This document shows positions 50,745 to 61,847 of a stretch of DNA of 64,000 nt, in pieces. The stretch is taken from NCBI GenBank assembly GCA_050248855.1, contig JBFWRP010000008.1:64001-128000 (forward strand), written 5' to 3'. The notes beneath the pieces were generated by a model that was given only the letters and a program-made list of their open reading frames with translations, was not told the DNA's origin and searched no databases. The translations under genes were made by a program, and so were the position numbers. The stretch is from Planctomycetota bacterium (GTDB lineage Bacteria; Planctomycetota; PLA2; JAEUHO01). Positions within the stretch are counted from its first letter, which is position 1; every line of letters begins with the position of its first letter.

Positions 50745-51704
50745 CTACGAGCGGAACAGGGTATCCAAGTGCCATTCCAAGGCGGCCGGACTCGGGCGAT
50801 CCTCCGCGCGCGACGGAAGCACGGCCAGCTTGCGACCCTCGTAGGCGTAGTAGCGCTTTCCGTTGCTCCATCGATCCCTGATGTGGCGCGAGATCCTGAC
50901 GTCCAGATCGGGCGTGATCCCGACCAAGCCGGCATCGAAGAGCGTGTGGAACTCCTTGGTCAGCACGAGACCATTCTGGAGATGGTTGCTGGCGGGTCCC
51001 AGGTACGGCTGGATGTGCGCTGCATCCAGGACCGGCTCGGTTCGCTCACCGGTCACGGCACACCGACGGCCGTAGGCGTCCAGCAGGCGCGCCCGGAAGC
51101 AGCCTTGCCCTTCCCTGACCACGGTCCGCGCTGTCCTCACGGCACGAGCATCTGCATCCACGAGCTGGAACTGCCCTTGCCACTCCTTCTCGGCCTCGGC
51201 AAGGCTGGCGTCTCGCGTCACGGTCGAGAGCAGCAGAGCCGCCCGGTCGACATCGCGCTCGGTAGCTCCGCGGACCACGTTGGGGTGCCATCCCCGCTCC
51301 CTGCCCCACGGAATCCATCGGCTCTCGGGCCAGAAGCGAGCGTCCCGCAGCACCGTACAGCCCATGGGGGACTCGGGAGTGCGGGGATCCAGGAGGTCGA
51401 CTCCCCGGTAGCTACCGATCCGCTGGCGAAAGCGGATCTCGTTCGGGTCACCGTTCTTCGTGCCGAAGAACTCCCAGGCCTCCTGCACGCCGAGCGTGCA
51501 GAAGTGGGCGAAGAAGCCGTAGCCGGCGACCGCGTTGAACGGGTGCTTGAGCCGGAAGAACACGGGCTCGCCCGGCGTGAATCGCTTGATGGGCCGCGTG
51601 CTCTGCGGCGACCAGAAGTTGACCTCGTCGAGGCGGCCGTCGGCTGCCTCGACGCGAAGGTAGTCGAACCACGCCTTGTCGGTGAGGGCAACGAACGGCT
51701 TCAC
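50745..51704 (-). CDS. HNH endonuclease (putative restriction endonuclease)
   Basis: TDKAWF, EVNFW, GQGCFR, CAVTG, LDAAHI, NGLVL, HTLFDAG. Confidence 0.88.
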   Translation of the reverse strand: MKPFVALTDKAWFDYLRVEAADGRLDEVNFWSPQSTRPIKRFTPGEPVFFRLKHPFNAVAGYGFFAHFCTLGVQEAWEFFGTKNGDPNEIRFRQRIGSYRGVDLLDPRTPESPMGCTVLRDARFWPESRWIPWGRERGWHPNVVRGATERDVDRAALLLSTVTRDASLAEAEKEWQGQFQLVDADARAVRTARTVVREGQGCFRARLLDAYGRRCAVTGERTEPVLDAAHIQPYLGPASNHLQNGLVLTKEFHTLFDAGLVGITPDLDVRISRHIRDRWSNGKRYYAYEGRKLAVLPSRAEDRPSPAALEWHLDTLFRS

Positions 51705-52212
51705 GCAACGGTTCCCGCACGACAGGGTAGCCCGCCGGCTGGGCAACCCAAGCGGTACTGGCCTCGTGGCCGCGGCGCTGCTTGGCCGGCGGGACCGCCA
51801 CCGTGCGAGGCGGCCGCCAGGGGCTGGCAAGCCGGTGCGCCGCCTCCCCGCGGCGTTCCTGGTACGCCACGTCCCTGGCTGGGCGGAGATGCCGACTCGG
51901 CCACTCCGAGCCTGTGGCGCGGCCTGCCAAGGCAGGTCGTCGCTCGAGCCTGAGGAGTCTTCTCAGGCTCTGGGGCCAGGCCGACTTCTTGGCTACGCGG
52001 GTTGCTCCGTGCACGCAGATGCACCCCGGGTCGCTCCGAGCCAACGGAAGAGCCGCATCATCGAGCTCATCTGCCGATGCTCGCCGATCCGCCTTGTCGC
52101 TCCGAGCGCCGTGCTTGCCGAGCTGCCCTCGCCCGGAGGAGCGATTCTGGCAACTCGTTAGCGGCTGCGCGCCGTAGGGTCGGGCTCGACTGCTTCCCGC
52201 GAGGAGGCTTCC

Positions 52213-52533
52213 ATGGCGGATGCACCCGACGCCCGAGTGACGGGAACCTACGACCTCCTCATCCGTCGCGCACAAGGCGAGGTCCGTGCGCACGATCTCG
52301 TGCGCGCCGAGGCAACGGCACGAGAGGCACTGGCCGTTCTGCCGGAAAGGGCGGCCGCCTACAACATCCTGGCGCTCGTGCGGGAGCTGCAGGGGCGACA
52401 CTCCGAGGCGATGGACCTCCTCCGTGCGGGACTCGCCGTGGAGCCGACGTACGCACCTGCCCAGGAGAACCTGACCCGCCTCGGCCGCCACCCCCGGCAA
52501 GGCCGGATGGTGATCGGGGACGAGAGCGACTGA
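52213..52533 (+). CDS. Small TPR protein
   Basis: AAAYNILALVRELQG...PTYAPAQENL; SD AGGAGG. Confidence 0.7.
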   Translation: MADAPDARVTGTYDLLIRRAQGEVRAHDLVRAEATAREALAVLPERAAAYNILALVRELQGRHSEAMDLLRAGLAVEPTYAPAQENLTRLGRHPRQGRMVIGDESD

Positions 52534-52709
52534 CGCTGGGGCGGATCGCGTGCGAGCGCGCGACCGGCCACATGCCACGTCCGAGGACGAGCCACTCACC
52601 CCCGCTCCCTCGCACTTGCTTCGCGCCGCGGCTGCGCCCGTTCTGGCAACACGTTGGCGGGGTCGAGCCCTTCGGTCCTTGGCACGTCCGCAGTGGCGGG
52701 TGCTGGAGG

Positions 52710-53313
52710 CCCGTTCACCCATGTTGGTGGGATCGCCAGGCTGGACCTGAACGAGCATCTGGGCGTCTCGGGCGGGCTGTTCCTGGGATGGGACGTCTGG
52801 GACGATGACCACGACGCGCTGACGCCCTACGCCGGCTTCTCGTGGAGCCCGTCCGACCGCGACGCCCTGACGGCCAACCTCATCGTGGGAGCAGAGCGAC
52901 CGCAGGACGACGACGACCTGCGCTCCGTCCTCGACGTCACCTGGACGCGGGAATGGGACGCCTGCTGGCAGAGCGCGCTCAACGTCGATGTCGGCTTGGA
53001 ACAAGGGGCAGCGGGTGGAGACGATGCCACGTGGTGGGGGGCCGCGGGGTACCTGACGCGCCGCGTCACTCCGTGCCTCTCGGCAACCGCACGCGGGGAG
53101 CTCTTCCGCGACGTCGACGGCACGAGGCTCGGCCAACGCGCCTCGCTTGGCGGGGTGACGTTCGGGCTCGACTGGACACCGAAGACGCCCTTCCCCATCT
53201 TCCACATCCGCCCGGAGATCCGTTGGGATCACTCCTTCGAAGGCGCGCTCTTCGACGGCGGCTCCTCCCATGACCAGCTGACGTTCACCGTCGAGTGCAT
53301 CATCGGCTTCTGA
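52710..53313 (+). pseudogene. 5'-truncated outer-membrane beta-barrel porin (BBP2/OmpL-like)
   Basis: PFTH, WWGAAGY, RGELFRD, TFGLDWTP, RPEIRWD, terminal Phe; no signal peptide or N-terminal half. Confidence 0.65.
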
Positions 53314-53427
53314 CGGACCCCGTGGCGTGCCCGCGCGCAGTTCCCGGCCGGCGCGTTCTAGCGCCCCATTAGCACCCGCAGCGATAGCCTCGTTCGAAAG
53401 CCGCGGACGTGCCAAGGAGCAGTCCCC

Positions 53428-53517
53428 ATGAGTCCCCTCCACCTGTTTGGCTTGGTGTGCGCCGTCCTGCTCGGCGCCTACCTGCTCTTCGCCCTGCTGC
53501 GGCCGGAGAGGTTCTGA
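53428..53517 (+). CDS. kdpF: K+-transporting ATPase subunit F
   Basis: [37 protein letters not shown]; not in the ORF track. Confidence 0.9.
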   Translation: MSPLHLFGLVCAVLLGAYLLFALLRPERF

Positions 53518-53518
53518 C

Positions 53519-55603
53519 ATGTCCGCGCGAAAGACTTCGCTCTTCGAGCCCACGATCCTCCGCCGGGCGGTCCGCGACGCGGTCGGGAAGCTCCATCCTC
53601 GGACCATGCTCCGCAACCCCGTCATGTTCGTGGTCTACGTCGGGAGCCTGCTCACGACGGGCCTCTTCTTCCAGGCGCTGCTCGGCAGCGGCGAGGCGCC
53701 CGCCGGGTTCATCCTGGCCATCACGCTGTGGCTGTGGTTCACGGTGCTGTTCGCGAACTTCGCCGAGGCCGTGGCGGAGGGCCGGGGCAAGGCCCAGGCG
53801 GCGAGCCTGAGGCGCACGCGCCGGACGACGATGGCCAAGCGCTTGGCCGAGCCCCGCCGCGACGCACCGACGACCGTCGTGCCCTCCACCGAGCTTCGCA
53901 CCGGAGACCACGTGCTCGTCGAGGCCGGCGACGTGATCCCCGGGGACGGCGAGGTCCTGCAGGGCGTCGCCTCGGTGAACGAGGCGGCGGTCACGGGCGA
54001 GAGCGCGCCGGTGATCCGCGAGAGCGGCGGCGACCGCAGCGCGGTGACGGGGGGCACGAGCGTGCTCTCCGACTGGCTCGTCGTCCGCGTCACCGCGAAC
54101 CCGGGGGAGACCTTCCTCGACCGGATGATCGCGCTCGTGGAGGGAGCCAAACGGCAGAAGACGCCCAACGAGGTCGCACTCTCGATCCTGCTCTGCGGCC
54201 TCACGCTGATCTTCCTGGTCGTGACGGTGACGCTCCTGCCCTTCTCGGTCTACAGCGTGCTGGCGGCTGGCACGGGCGACCCGGTCTCGGTCACCGTGCT
54301 CGTCGCCCTGCTCGTCTGCCTGATTCCCACGACCATCGGGGGCCTCCTCTCTGCGATCGGCATCGCGGGAATGGACCGGATGATCCAGGCGAACGTGATC
54401 GCCACCTCCGGGCGTGCCGTGGAGGCCGCGGGGGACGTCGACGTCTTGCTGCTCGACAAGACCGGCACGATCACGCTGGGCAATCGCGAAGCGAGCGCGT
54501 TCCACGCCGCCCCGGGCATCAAGGAGAAGGACCTGGCCAGCGCGGCCCAGCTCGCCTCGCTGGCCGACGAGACTCCCGAAGGACGGAGCATCGTCGTCCT
54601 GGCCAAGCAGCGCCACGGGCTCCGGGAGCGGGACGTCCACGCGCTCGGCGGGCACTTCGTGCCCTTCACGGCCCAGACGCGGATGAGCGGCGTGGACTTG
54701 GACGGACGGAGCCTGCGCAAGGGCGCGGCCGATGCCGTCGAGAACTGGGTCCTCTCGCAGGGTGGCACGCTGCCGTCCGAGGTGCGGGAGGACGTGGAGA
54801 CGATCGCGCGCGGCGGTGGCACGCCGCTCGTCGTGGCCGAGGGCCCGCGCGTCCTGGGGGTCGTCCAGCTCCAGGACGTGGTCAAGGGCGGGATCCGCGA
54901 GCGGTTCGATGCCTTGCGCGCCATGGGCATCAAGACCGTCATGATCACCGGCGACAACCCGCTCACGGCGGCCGCCGTGGCGGCGGAGGCGGGCGTAGAC
55001 GACTTCCTCGCGGAGGCCACGCCCGAGGCGAAGCTCGAGCTGATCCGCCGCTACCAGGGCGAGGGGCGGATGGTCGCCATGGCCGGCGACGGGACGAACG
55101 ACGCGCCGGCGCTCGCGCAGGCGGACGTGGCCGTGGCGATGAACGCGGGCACGCAGGCCGCCAAGGAGGCCGCGAACCTCGTCGATCTCGACTCCAACCC
55201 GACGAAGCTCCTCGAGACCGTCGAGATCGGCAAGCAGCTCCTGATGACGCGGGGCGCGCTCACGACGTTCTCGCTGGCCAATGACGTGGCGAAGTACTTC
55301 GCGATCCTGCCGGCGATCTTCACTGGGCTCTACGCCACCGGGGGCGAGGCGGGGCCGCTCGAGGCGCTCGACGTGATGGGGCTCCACTCACCCCTGTCCG
55401 CGATCCTGAGCGCGGTGATCTTCAACGCCCTGATCATCGTGGCGCTGATCCCGCTCGCGCTGCGCGGTGTGAAGTACCGCGCCGCGGGCGCCGCCGGCGT
55501 GCTCCGGCGCAACCTCCTGGTCTACGGGCTCGGCGGCGTCGTCGTGCCCTTCGCCGGCATCAAGCTGATCGACATGGCCCTGACGGGCCTCGGGCTCGTG
55601 TGA
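53519..55603 (+). CDS. kdpB: K+-transporting ATPase subunit B
   Basis: [40 protein letters not shown]. Confidence 0.97.
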   Translation: MSARKTSLFEPTILRRAVRDAVGKLHPRTMLRNPVMFVVYVGSLLTTGLFFQALLGSGEAPAGFILAITLWLWFTVLFANFAEAVAEGRGKAQAASLRRTRRTTMAKRLAEPRRDAPTTVVPSTELRTGDHVLVEAGDVIPGDGEVLQGVASVNEAAVTGESAPVIRESGGDRSAVTGGTSVLSDWLVVRVTANPGETFLDRMIALVEGAKRQKTPNEVALSILLCGLTLIFLVVTVTLLPFSVYSVLAAGTGDPVSVTVLVALLVCLIPTTIGGLLSAIGIAGMDRMIQANVIATSGRAVEAAGDVDVLLLDKTGTITLGNREASAFHAAPGIKEKDLASAAQLASLADETPEGRSIVVLAKQRHGLRERDVHALGGHFVPFTAQTRMSGVDLDGRSLRKGAADAVENWVLSQGGTLPSEVREDVETIARGGGTPLVVAEGPRVLGVVQLQDVVKGGIRERFDALRAMGIKTVMITGDNPLTAAAVAAEAGVDDFLAEATPEAKLELIRRYQGEGRMVAMAGDGTNDAPALAQADVAVAMNAGTQAAKEAANLVDLDSNPTKLLETVEIGKQLLMTRGALTTFSLANDVAKYFAILPAIFTGLYATGGEAGPLEALDVMGLHSPLSAILSAVIFNALIIVALIPLALRGVKYRAAGAAGVLRRNLLVYGLGGVVVPFAGIKLIDMALTGLGLV

Positions 55604-55613
55604 GGAGGCTCCG

Positions 55614-55706
55614 ATGACCTACCTCGTCTATTTGGCGATCGGGCTCGCGACCTTCGCGGCGCTGGTCGCGCTCACGCACGCGGTCGCCCGCGGCGAGAAG
55701 GAGTGA
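55614..55706 (+). CDS. 30-aa hydrophobic peptide (additional Kdp small subunit candidate)
   Basis: GAGGAGG SD; MTYLVYLAIGLATFAALVALTHAVARGEKE; fills the kdpB-kdpA gap. Confidence 0.7.
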   Translation: MTYLVYLAIGLATFAALVALTHAVARGEKE

Positions 55707-55710
55707 GTCC

Positions 55711-57387
55711 ATGGACGTCGTGCTCCTCGTCGTTCTGATCGTGGGGGGGACGGCCGCGCTCTCGTGGCCGCTCGGTCGCTACATGCGCTGGGCCATGGAG
55801 CCGAAGGCCGACGGCGCTCGCGGCGCGGGCCTCGACCGCGTGTTCCAGCGTGTGGCGGGGCCGCTCGGCGCCTCCCCGCAGGGCTGGAAGGCCTACGCCA
55901 TCACCCTGCTCGCCTTCAACGTGGTGATGTTCGCCGTCACGTTCGCCGTCCTGGCCCTCCAGCAGCACCTGCCCCTGAACCCCGATGGCAAGGGTGCGAT
56001 CGAGCCGAGCCTCGTCTTCAACACGATCGCCTCGTTCACGTCCAACACGAACCTCCAGCACTACTCGGGCGAGGTCGCGCTGAGCTACTTCTCCCAGCTC
56101 GCCCTGATGTGGCTGCAGTTCGTCTCGGCGGCCACCGGCATCGCCGCCTTGACCGCCCTGGCCCGGGGGCTGGCGGGCCGCAAGCAGGTCGGCAGCTTCT
56201 TCGTGGACCTCCAGCGGGCCTCGTTCCTCGTGCTCCTGCCGGTCGCGCTCGTGGTCGCAGTCCTGTTCGCCTTCGGCGGGATGCCGATGACGCTCTCGGG
56301 CGCAGCGACGGCGACCACCCTCGAGGGTGCCTCCCAGACGATCGCGCGCGGGCCCGTCGCGGCGTTCGTGGCGATCAAGCAGCTGGGGACGAACGGGGGC
56401 GGGTTCTTCGGGCCCAACTGCACCCACCCCTTCGAGAACCCGACGTTCTGGACCAATGCGCTGGCGATGATCGCCATCCTCCTGATCCCCATGGCCAGCG
56501 TCTGGATGTTCGGCCGGATCGTCGAGCGCAGGCGCCACGCGGCCGTCGTCTTCGGCGTCATGCTCCTGCTCCTCGTGGCGAAGATCGGGGGGGCCGTCGC
56601 CTTCGAGGCGGCCCCGACCCGCGCCTTCGCCGATCTTCCGATCGAACAGACCTCGGGGAACCTCGAGGGCAAGGAGCTGCGCTTCGGCGCGGCGAGCGGG
56701 AGCGGGCCCCTGTGGGCGGTGCTCACGACGTCCACCAGCAACGGGTCCGTCGGCGCCATGCACGACAGCCTGAACCCCATGACGGGCCTGATGCCCATGG
56801 TGGGCATGTGGCTCAACGCCACGTTCGGCGGCGTGGGCGTCGGCATGATCAACATGTTCCTCTACATCATCGTGGCCGTCTTCGTGGCCGGCATGATGGT
56901 CGGACGTACGCCCGAGTACCTGAACCGGCGCGTCGAGGCGCGGGAGATGAAGCTTGCGGTGCTCTGCCTTCTTGCGCACGCGTTCTTCATCTTGGTCGGG
57001 ACGGCGGTCTTCGCCGTGACGCCATGGGGGCGGGAGACGCTCAACAACGGCGGGCCGCACGGGTTCAGCGAGATCCTCTACGAGTTCAGCTCGGCGAGTG
57101 CGAACAACGGATCGGGCTTCGAGGGCCTCGGTGACAACACCGTGCCCTGGAACCTGGCCACGGGGCTGGTGATGTTGCTCGGCCGTTTCATCCCCATCGT
57201 CCTGCCGCTCGCGATTGCAGGCGCGTTGGCCGCCAAGCGCCGGACGGCAGAGTCGGCCGGGACGCTCGGCGTGGCGGGGCCGACCTTCGGTCTGATGCTC
57301 TGCGGCACGATCCTGCTCGTGGGGGCGCTGACCTTCTTCCCGGCGGCCCTCCTGGGGCCGGTCGTGGAGCATCTTCTCTACCTGTAG
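55711..57387 (+). CDS. kdpA: K+-transporting ATPase subunit A
   Basis: SNTNLQHYSGE, KQLGTNGGG, SNGS, SANNGS selectivity-filter motifs. Confidence 0.97.
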   Translation: MDVVLLVVLIVGGTAALSWPLGRYMRWAMEPKADGARGAGLDRVFQRVAGPLGASPQGWKAYAITLLAFNVVMFAVTFAVLALQQHLPLNPDGKGAIEPSLVFNTIASFTSNTNLQHYSGEVALSYFSQLALMWLQFVSAATGIAALTALARGLAGRKQVGSFFVDLQRASFLVLLPVALVVAVLFAFGGMPMTLSGAATATTLEGASQTIARGPVAAFVAIKQLGTNGGGFFGPNCTHPFENPTFWTNALAMIAILLIPMASVWMFGRIVERRRHAAVVFGVMLLLLVAKIGGAVAFEAAPTRAFADLPIEQTSGNLEGKELRFGAASGSGPLWAVLTTSTSNGSVGAMHDSLNPMTGLMPMVGMWLNATFGGVGVGMINMFLYIIVAVFVAGMMVGRTPEYLNRRVEAREMKLAVLCLLAHAFFILVGTAVFAVTPWGRETLNNGGPHGFSEILYEFSSASANNGSGFEGLGDNTVPWNLATGLVMLLGRFIPIVLPLAIAGALAAKRRTAESAGTLGVAGPTFGLMLCGTILLVGALTFFPAALLGPVVEHLLYL

Positions 57388-57410
57388 ACTCCGGACGTGG
57401 AGCAAACACG

Positions 57411-57986
57411 ATGCAGACGCCCATGCAACTCCTGGTCACGAGCCTGCGGGCGACGGTGGCGACGGTGCTCCTCTGCGTCGTGGGGTACACGGTCGTTGCC
57501 CTCGGCGTTGCGCAGCTCCTCGTGAACGATGCCGCCGAGGGCTCGCTGATCACGCGCCCGGACGGCACGGTGGTCGGCAGCCGCCTCATCGGCCAGTCCT
57601 TCGCGGAGCCGCGCTACTTCTGGCCGCGGCCGTCGGCGGTCGGCTACGACGCCTCGGCCGCCGGCGGGAGCAACAAGTCGCCCACCAGCCCGGACCTGGC
57701 CGAGCGTGCGCGCTTGCTGGTGGAGCGCTACGCAGCGACGGCGAAGCGCCCGCTGCCCGCCGAGCTCGTGGCGGCCTCGGGCGGCGGGCTCGATCCCCAC
57801 GTGACCGAACATGCCGCCCTCTACCAGGTAGATCGCGTGGCAGCCGCCCGGCGCGGCCTCGACCGCGCGCGGATCGAGGCGCTCGTCCGCGAGCACGCCG
57901 TCGCCCCGGGTGGACCGCTGACGCCCGGCCGCGTGGTCAACGTCCTGGAGCTCAACCTGGCCCTCGACGCTGAGGAGGCCCGGTAG
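57411..57986 (+). CDS. kdpC: K+-transporting ATPase subunit C
   Basis: GSRLIGQ, YFWPRPS, SGGGLDPH, VNVLELNLALD. Confidence 0.95.
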   Translation: MQTPMQLLVTSLRATVATVLLCVVGYTVVALGVAQLLVNDAAEGSLITRPDGTVVGSRLIGQSFAEPRYFWPRPSAVGYDASAAGGSNKSPTSPDLAERARLLVERYAATAKRPLPAELVAASGGGLDPHVTEHAALYQVDRVAAARRGLDRARIEALVREHAVAPGGPLTPGRVVNVLELNLALDAEEAR

Positions 57987-57995
57987 GGAGGCCGC

Positions 57996-60740
57996 ATGGC
58001 CGAGCCCGATCGCGTGCGACCTTCCCCGGAGGACCTCCTCGAGCGGGCGGCGGAGGAAGAGCCCCCCGCCGGACGGGCGCGGCTCAAGGTGTTCTTCGGC
58101 GCCGCGCCCGGTGTCGGGAAGACCTACGCCATGCTCCAGGAGGCGCAGGTCCGCCGCCAGCGGGGCGAGGACGTGGTGGTCGGCTGGCTCGAGACCCACG
58201 GTCGCAAGGAGACCGAAGCGCTCGCGCGGGGGCTCGAGATCGTTCCGCCTCGCCAGGTCGAGCACCGCGGTCTGGCACTCGAGGAAATGGACCTGGAGCA
58301 GGTCATCGCGCGCGCGCCGGCCCTGGTGCTGGTGGACGAGCTGGCCCACACGAACGCCCCGGGAAGCCGGCACGCGCGTCGCTGGCAGGATGTCGAGGAG
58401 CTCCTCGGCGCGGGAATCGACGTCTTCACGACGGTCAACGTGCAGCACGTGGAGAGCCTGCGCGACGTCGTGGCGCAGATCACGGGCGTCACGGTGCGGG
58501 AGACCATCCCAGACCAGATCCTCGAGCGGGCCGACGAGATCGAGCTCGTGGACCTGCCGCCCGAGGAGCTGCTCCGACGGCTCGAGGAGGGGAAGGTCTA
58601 CGTTCCCGAGCAGGCCCGGCTCGCGATGGATCGCTTTTTCCAGAAGGGCCACCTGATCGCCCTGCGCGAGCTCTCGCTCCGCCGTACGGCCGAGCGCGTG
58701 GACGAGCAGGCCGACGCATGGAAGCGTCAGCACGGTGTCGCACGTCCGTGGGGGACCAGGGACCGCATCCTCGTGAGCGTGAGTGCTGCGCCCTCTTCCG
58801 AGGATCTGGTGCGCGTGGCCGGACGGATGGCCGCGCGCCTCAAGGCGCCCTGGATCGCGCTCTCCGTCGAGACGCGTGCCTTCCCGCACCTCCCCGAAGA
58901 AGATCGTGCGAGGCTCGGCGCGCACCTGCTGCTCGCCAAGCGGCTGGGCGCCGAGGTCCTGGTCGTACGGGGCGAGCGCGTCGCGGAGGAGATCCTCGCG
59001 GTTGCGCGCTCGCGCGACGTGACCCGGATCGTGCTCGGCAAGCCCGCTCCCCGGGGGCTCCTCGCACGCCTCCGCCCCAGCCTCGTCGACACCGTGCTCC
59101 GGGGCTCGGGCTCGATGGACGTCCACGTCACGAGCGCGGTCCCACCGCCCCCGCCGCGCAAGGCCAAGCGGCGCAAGCTGAGCGAGGCCGGGTGGGCGGG
59201 CCTCTCGTGGGCGTTGCTCGCGGTAGGCATCGCCACGGGAGTCGGCTGGTTGGCGCGCGCGTGGTTCGGCTTCCAGCTCGCGGACCTGGCCATGGTGTAC
59301 GTGCTCGCCGTACTGGCCGCGTCCGCGAAGCTGTCCAGGCGCGATTCCCTCGCCACGGCGGTCCTGAGCGTCGCTACGCTCGACTTCTTCTTCACGGAGC
59401 CCTACTTCACCTTCGCCGTCCACGACGTCCGCCAAGTGACGACGTTCGGCGTCCTGCTCGTCGTGGGCCTGGTCGTAAGCGCGTTCGCCACCCGCACGCG
59501 GGACCAGGCCCGGGAGGCCCGCGAGCGCGAGCGGAGGACGCTCGCGCTCTACGAGGTCAGCAGCGCGCTGTCCACGGAGCGCGATCCGGCTGGGATCGCG
59601 AGCGTCGTGGTCGCGCATCTCCGCCGCGGGCTGGGGACCGGCGCGATCATGTACAGGGCCGGTCCTCGGGGCGGACTCACGCTGGTCGCCGAGGGCAGCG
59701 ACGGCGCCCTCGCCGGCCCGCGGGAGCGGGCCGTGGCGCAATGGGTGCTGACGTTCGGTGCGGCGGCAGGCCGGGACACGGACACCCTGCCGGCCGCCGA
59801 GGGGCTGTACCTCCCGCTCGTGACGCGCGGAGGTCGTCAGGGCGTCCTGGGCATCCGTCTCGTCGAGCGCGGCAAGGCCCTCGCTCCGTCCCAACGTCAG
59901 GGTCTCGAAGCGATCGCCGCACTCGCGGCTGGCGCCCTGGAGCGGGCCGCCCTCGCCGAGGAGGCGGAAGAGGCCGCCCTTGCGGTGGAGACGGAGCGCA
60001 CGCGCAACGTCCTCTTGGCGGCCGTCTCCCACGACCTCCGGACGCCGCTGTCGAGCATCCTGGGCGCGGCGGACGCGCTGCTCGACCCGCAGACGACGCT
60101 GACCGAGGACGTGCGGAGCGGGCTCGTCCGCTCGATTCGCGACACGGCCGACTGGCTGGCCCGGTTCGTCACGGACTTGCTCTCGCTCGCCCGGATCGGG
60201 GCAGAGGGCTTCGTCCTCCAGCGCGACTGGTACCCCGTTGAAGAGCTCGTGGCGTCGGCCCTCGATCGCGTGCGCCCCCTCCTGGGGGATCGACGCGTGG
60301 CCCAGGAGCTCCCCGAACACCCGCTCCTCGTCCACGTAGACGGGGTGCTCCTGGAGCAGGCGCTCGTGAACCTGCTCGAGAACGCAGCACGTCACACACC
60401 GCCTGGCACGCCGATCGACGTGCGGGCGCGCGCCTTGCCGGGGGAGTGCGTGATCGAGGTCCTCGACCGCGGGCCGGGACTTCCCGAGGACGGCGCCGTG
60501 CGGCTCTTCGAGCGTTTCTACCGGCGCTCGGACGCGCGCGGCACGCAGGGTACGGGCCTTGGTCTGGCGATCTGCCGCGCAATCGCCGTGGCCCACGGGG
60601 GCAGCTGCGAAGCCGAGAATCGTGAGGCCGGGGGCGCGCGGTTCCGGCTGCGGATCCCGCGCGCCGCGGACACGGAACCCGAAGCGGGGAAGGCGCACGA
60701 GGGGGGGGCAGGACCGGCGGGCGCCCAGACCGGACCGTGA
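57996..60740 (+). CDS. kdpD: Sensor histidine kinase KdpD
   Basis: GAAPGVGKTY, VDELAHTN, USP, 4 TM, GAF, SHDLRTPL, GTGLGL. Confidence 0.97.
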   Translation: MAEPDRVRPSPEDLLERAAEEEPPAGRARLKVFFGAAPGVGKTYAMLQEAQVRRQRGEDVVVGWLETHGRKETEALARGLEIVPPRQVEHRGLALEEMDLEQVIARAPALVLVDELAHTNAPGSRHARRWQDVEELLGAGIDVFTTVNVQHVESLRDVVAQITGVTVRETIPDQILERADEIELVDLPPEELLRRLEEGKVYVPEQARLAMDRFFQKGHLIALRELSLRRTAERVDEQADAWKRQHGVARPWGTRDRILVSVSAAPSSEDLVRVAGRMAARLKAPWIALSVETRAFPHLPEEDRARLGAHLLLAKRLGAEVLVVRGERVAEEILAVARSRDVTRIVLGKPAPRGLLARLRPSLVDTVLRGSGSMDVHVTSAVPPPPPRKAKRRKLSEAGWAGLSWALLAVGIATGVGWLARAWFGFQLADLAMVYVLAVLAASAKLSRRDSLATAVLSVATLDFFFTEPYFTFAVHDVRQVTTFGVLLVVGLVVSAFATRTRDQAREARERERRTLALYEVSSALSTERDPAGIASVVVAHLRRGLGTGAIMYRAGPRGGLTLVAEGSDGALAGPRERAVAQWVLTFGAAAGRDTDTLPAAEGLYLPLVTRGGRQGVLGIRLVERGKALAPSQRQGLEAIAALAAGALERAALAEEAEEAALAVETERTRNVLLAAVSHDLRTPLSSILGAADALLDPQTTLTEDVRSGLVRSIRDTADWLARFVTDLLSLARIGAEGFVLQRDWYPVEELVASALDRVRPLLGDRRVAQELPEHPLLVHVDGVLLEQALVNLLENAARHTPPGTPIDVRARALPGECVIEVLDRGPGLPEDGAVRLFERFYRRSDARGTQGTGLGLAICRAIAVAHGGSCEAENREAGGARFRLRIPRAADTEPEAGKAHEGGAGPAGAQTGP

Positions 60741-61435
60741 GCACACCCGGCCCCCGCATCCTGGTCGTGGAGGACGACGCGGCGCTGCGCGCCCTGCTGG
60801 CGACGACCCTCCCCGCACACGGGTACCGGGTCCTCGACGTGGCCACCGCCGCCGAGGCGCTCCGGGACGCGTCCGAGTACCTCCCTGACCTGGTCCTGCT
60901 GGACCTGGGCCTGCCCGACATGGACGGCGTGGAGTGCATCCGCCGGATCCGTGCTTGGTCCCCGCTTCCCATCGTCGTGCTCACGGCACGGGGCCAAGAG
61001 GCCGCCAAGGTCGAGGCCCTCGATGCGGGCGCCGACGACTACGTGACGAAGCCTTTCGGCTTCCCCGAGCTGCTGGCGCGCATCCGCGTGGCGCTGCGCC
61101 ATGCCGCGCGGCCTCCTGGCGGTGTGCCTGGCAGCGAGTTCCGCGTCGGCCCGCTCCACGTCGATCTGGAACGGCGGCAGGTGTTCGTGGACGGAGCGGA
61201 GATCGCGCTCACGCCGACGGAGTACAAGCTGCTCGTCGCGTTGGTCAAGAACGCCGGGCGCGTGATGACGCACCGCCAGCTCTTGCGGGAAGTGTGGGGA
61301 CCCCGCAGCCCGGAGGAGAACCGCTACCTCCGTGTGTACATGACCTACCTCCGCCGCAAGCTGGAGCCCGACCCGACGAGCCCGCGCCTCTTCGAGACGA
61401 TCGCTGGCGTCGGCTACCGCCTTCGCGAGGAGTAG
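60737..61435 (+). CDS. kdpE: Response regulator KdpE
   Basis: LVVEDD, LLDLGLPD, DDYVTKPF, LTPTEY, LRVYM, GVGYR. Confidence 0.95.
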   Translation: MSTPGPRILVVEDDAALRALLATTLPAHGYRVLDVATAAEALRDASEYLPDLVLLDLGLPDMDGVECIRRIRAWSPLPIVVLTARGQEAAKVEALDAGADDYVTKPFGFPELLARIRVALRHAARPPGGVPGSEFRVGPLHVDLERRQVFVDGAEIALTPTEYKLLVALVKNAGRVMTHRQLLREVWGPRSPEENRYLRVYMTYLRRKLEPDPTSPRLFETIAGVGYRLREE

Positions 61436-61847
61436 GCGCTTGCGGCGGCCTCCTCTCGCCTGGGCGTGGAGGGCTAGAGCTCGACGAGCGACGCGCCCCT
61501 GGGCCCCACGGCGTGGCTCACGGTCTGGATCTGGCGCGCCCCTTGACGATGTGCGTGCGCCGGGGGGCGCCACCGCCGTTCTTGCCTCGTCGTGAACGCC
61601 GACGTGCATCCCGAGGCCCGATCCCGCACGGCTCCCTCACGCTGTGGCGCTCACGGGCTCGGTGGTCTGCCGATGCCCAGGTCGAGCAGGCCCAGGTGAA
61701 GAGGTGGGCGCCCGTCGATCTGTACCGTCCCGATCACATCGCGTCGGGCGGGAGGCGCGACGGCCTTGTGGCGCACGCGTCGGCTACCATGGGGGGCCAG
61801 ACGCCGCAGGTGGAAGCCGGTGTCGATTCCCCGGCGGAGGCGCGGCC

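Noticed and set aside
47660..50881. 1073-aa plus-strand ORF (also 57378-60818 minus, 11615-13900 minus and similar)
   Set aside because: Antisense or off-frame shadows of well-supported genes; no motifs
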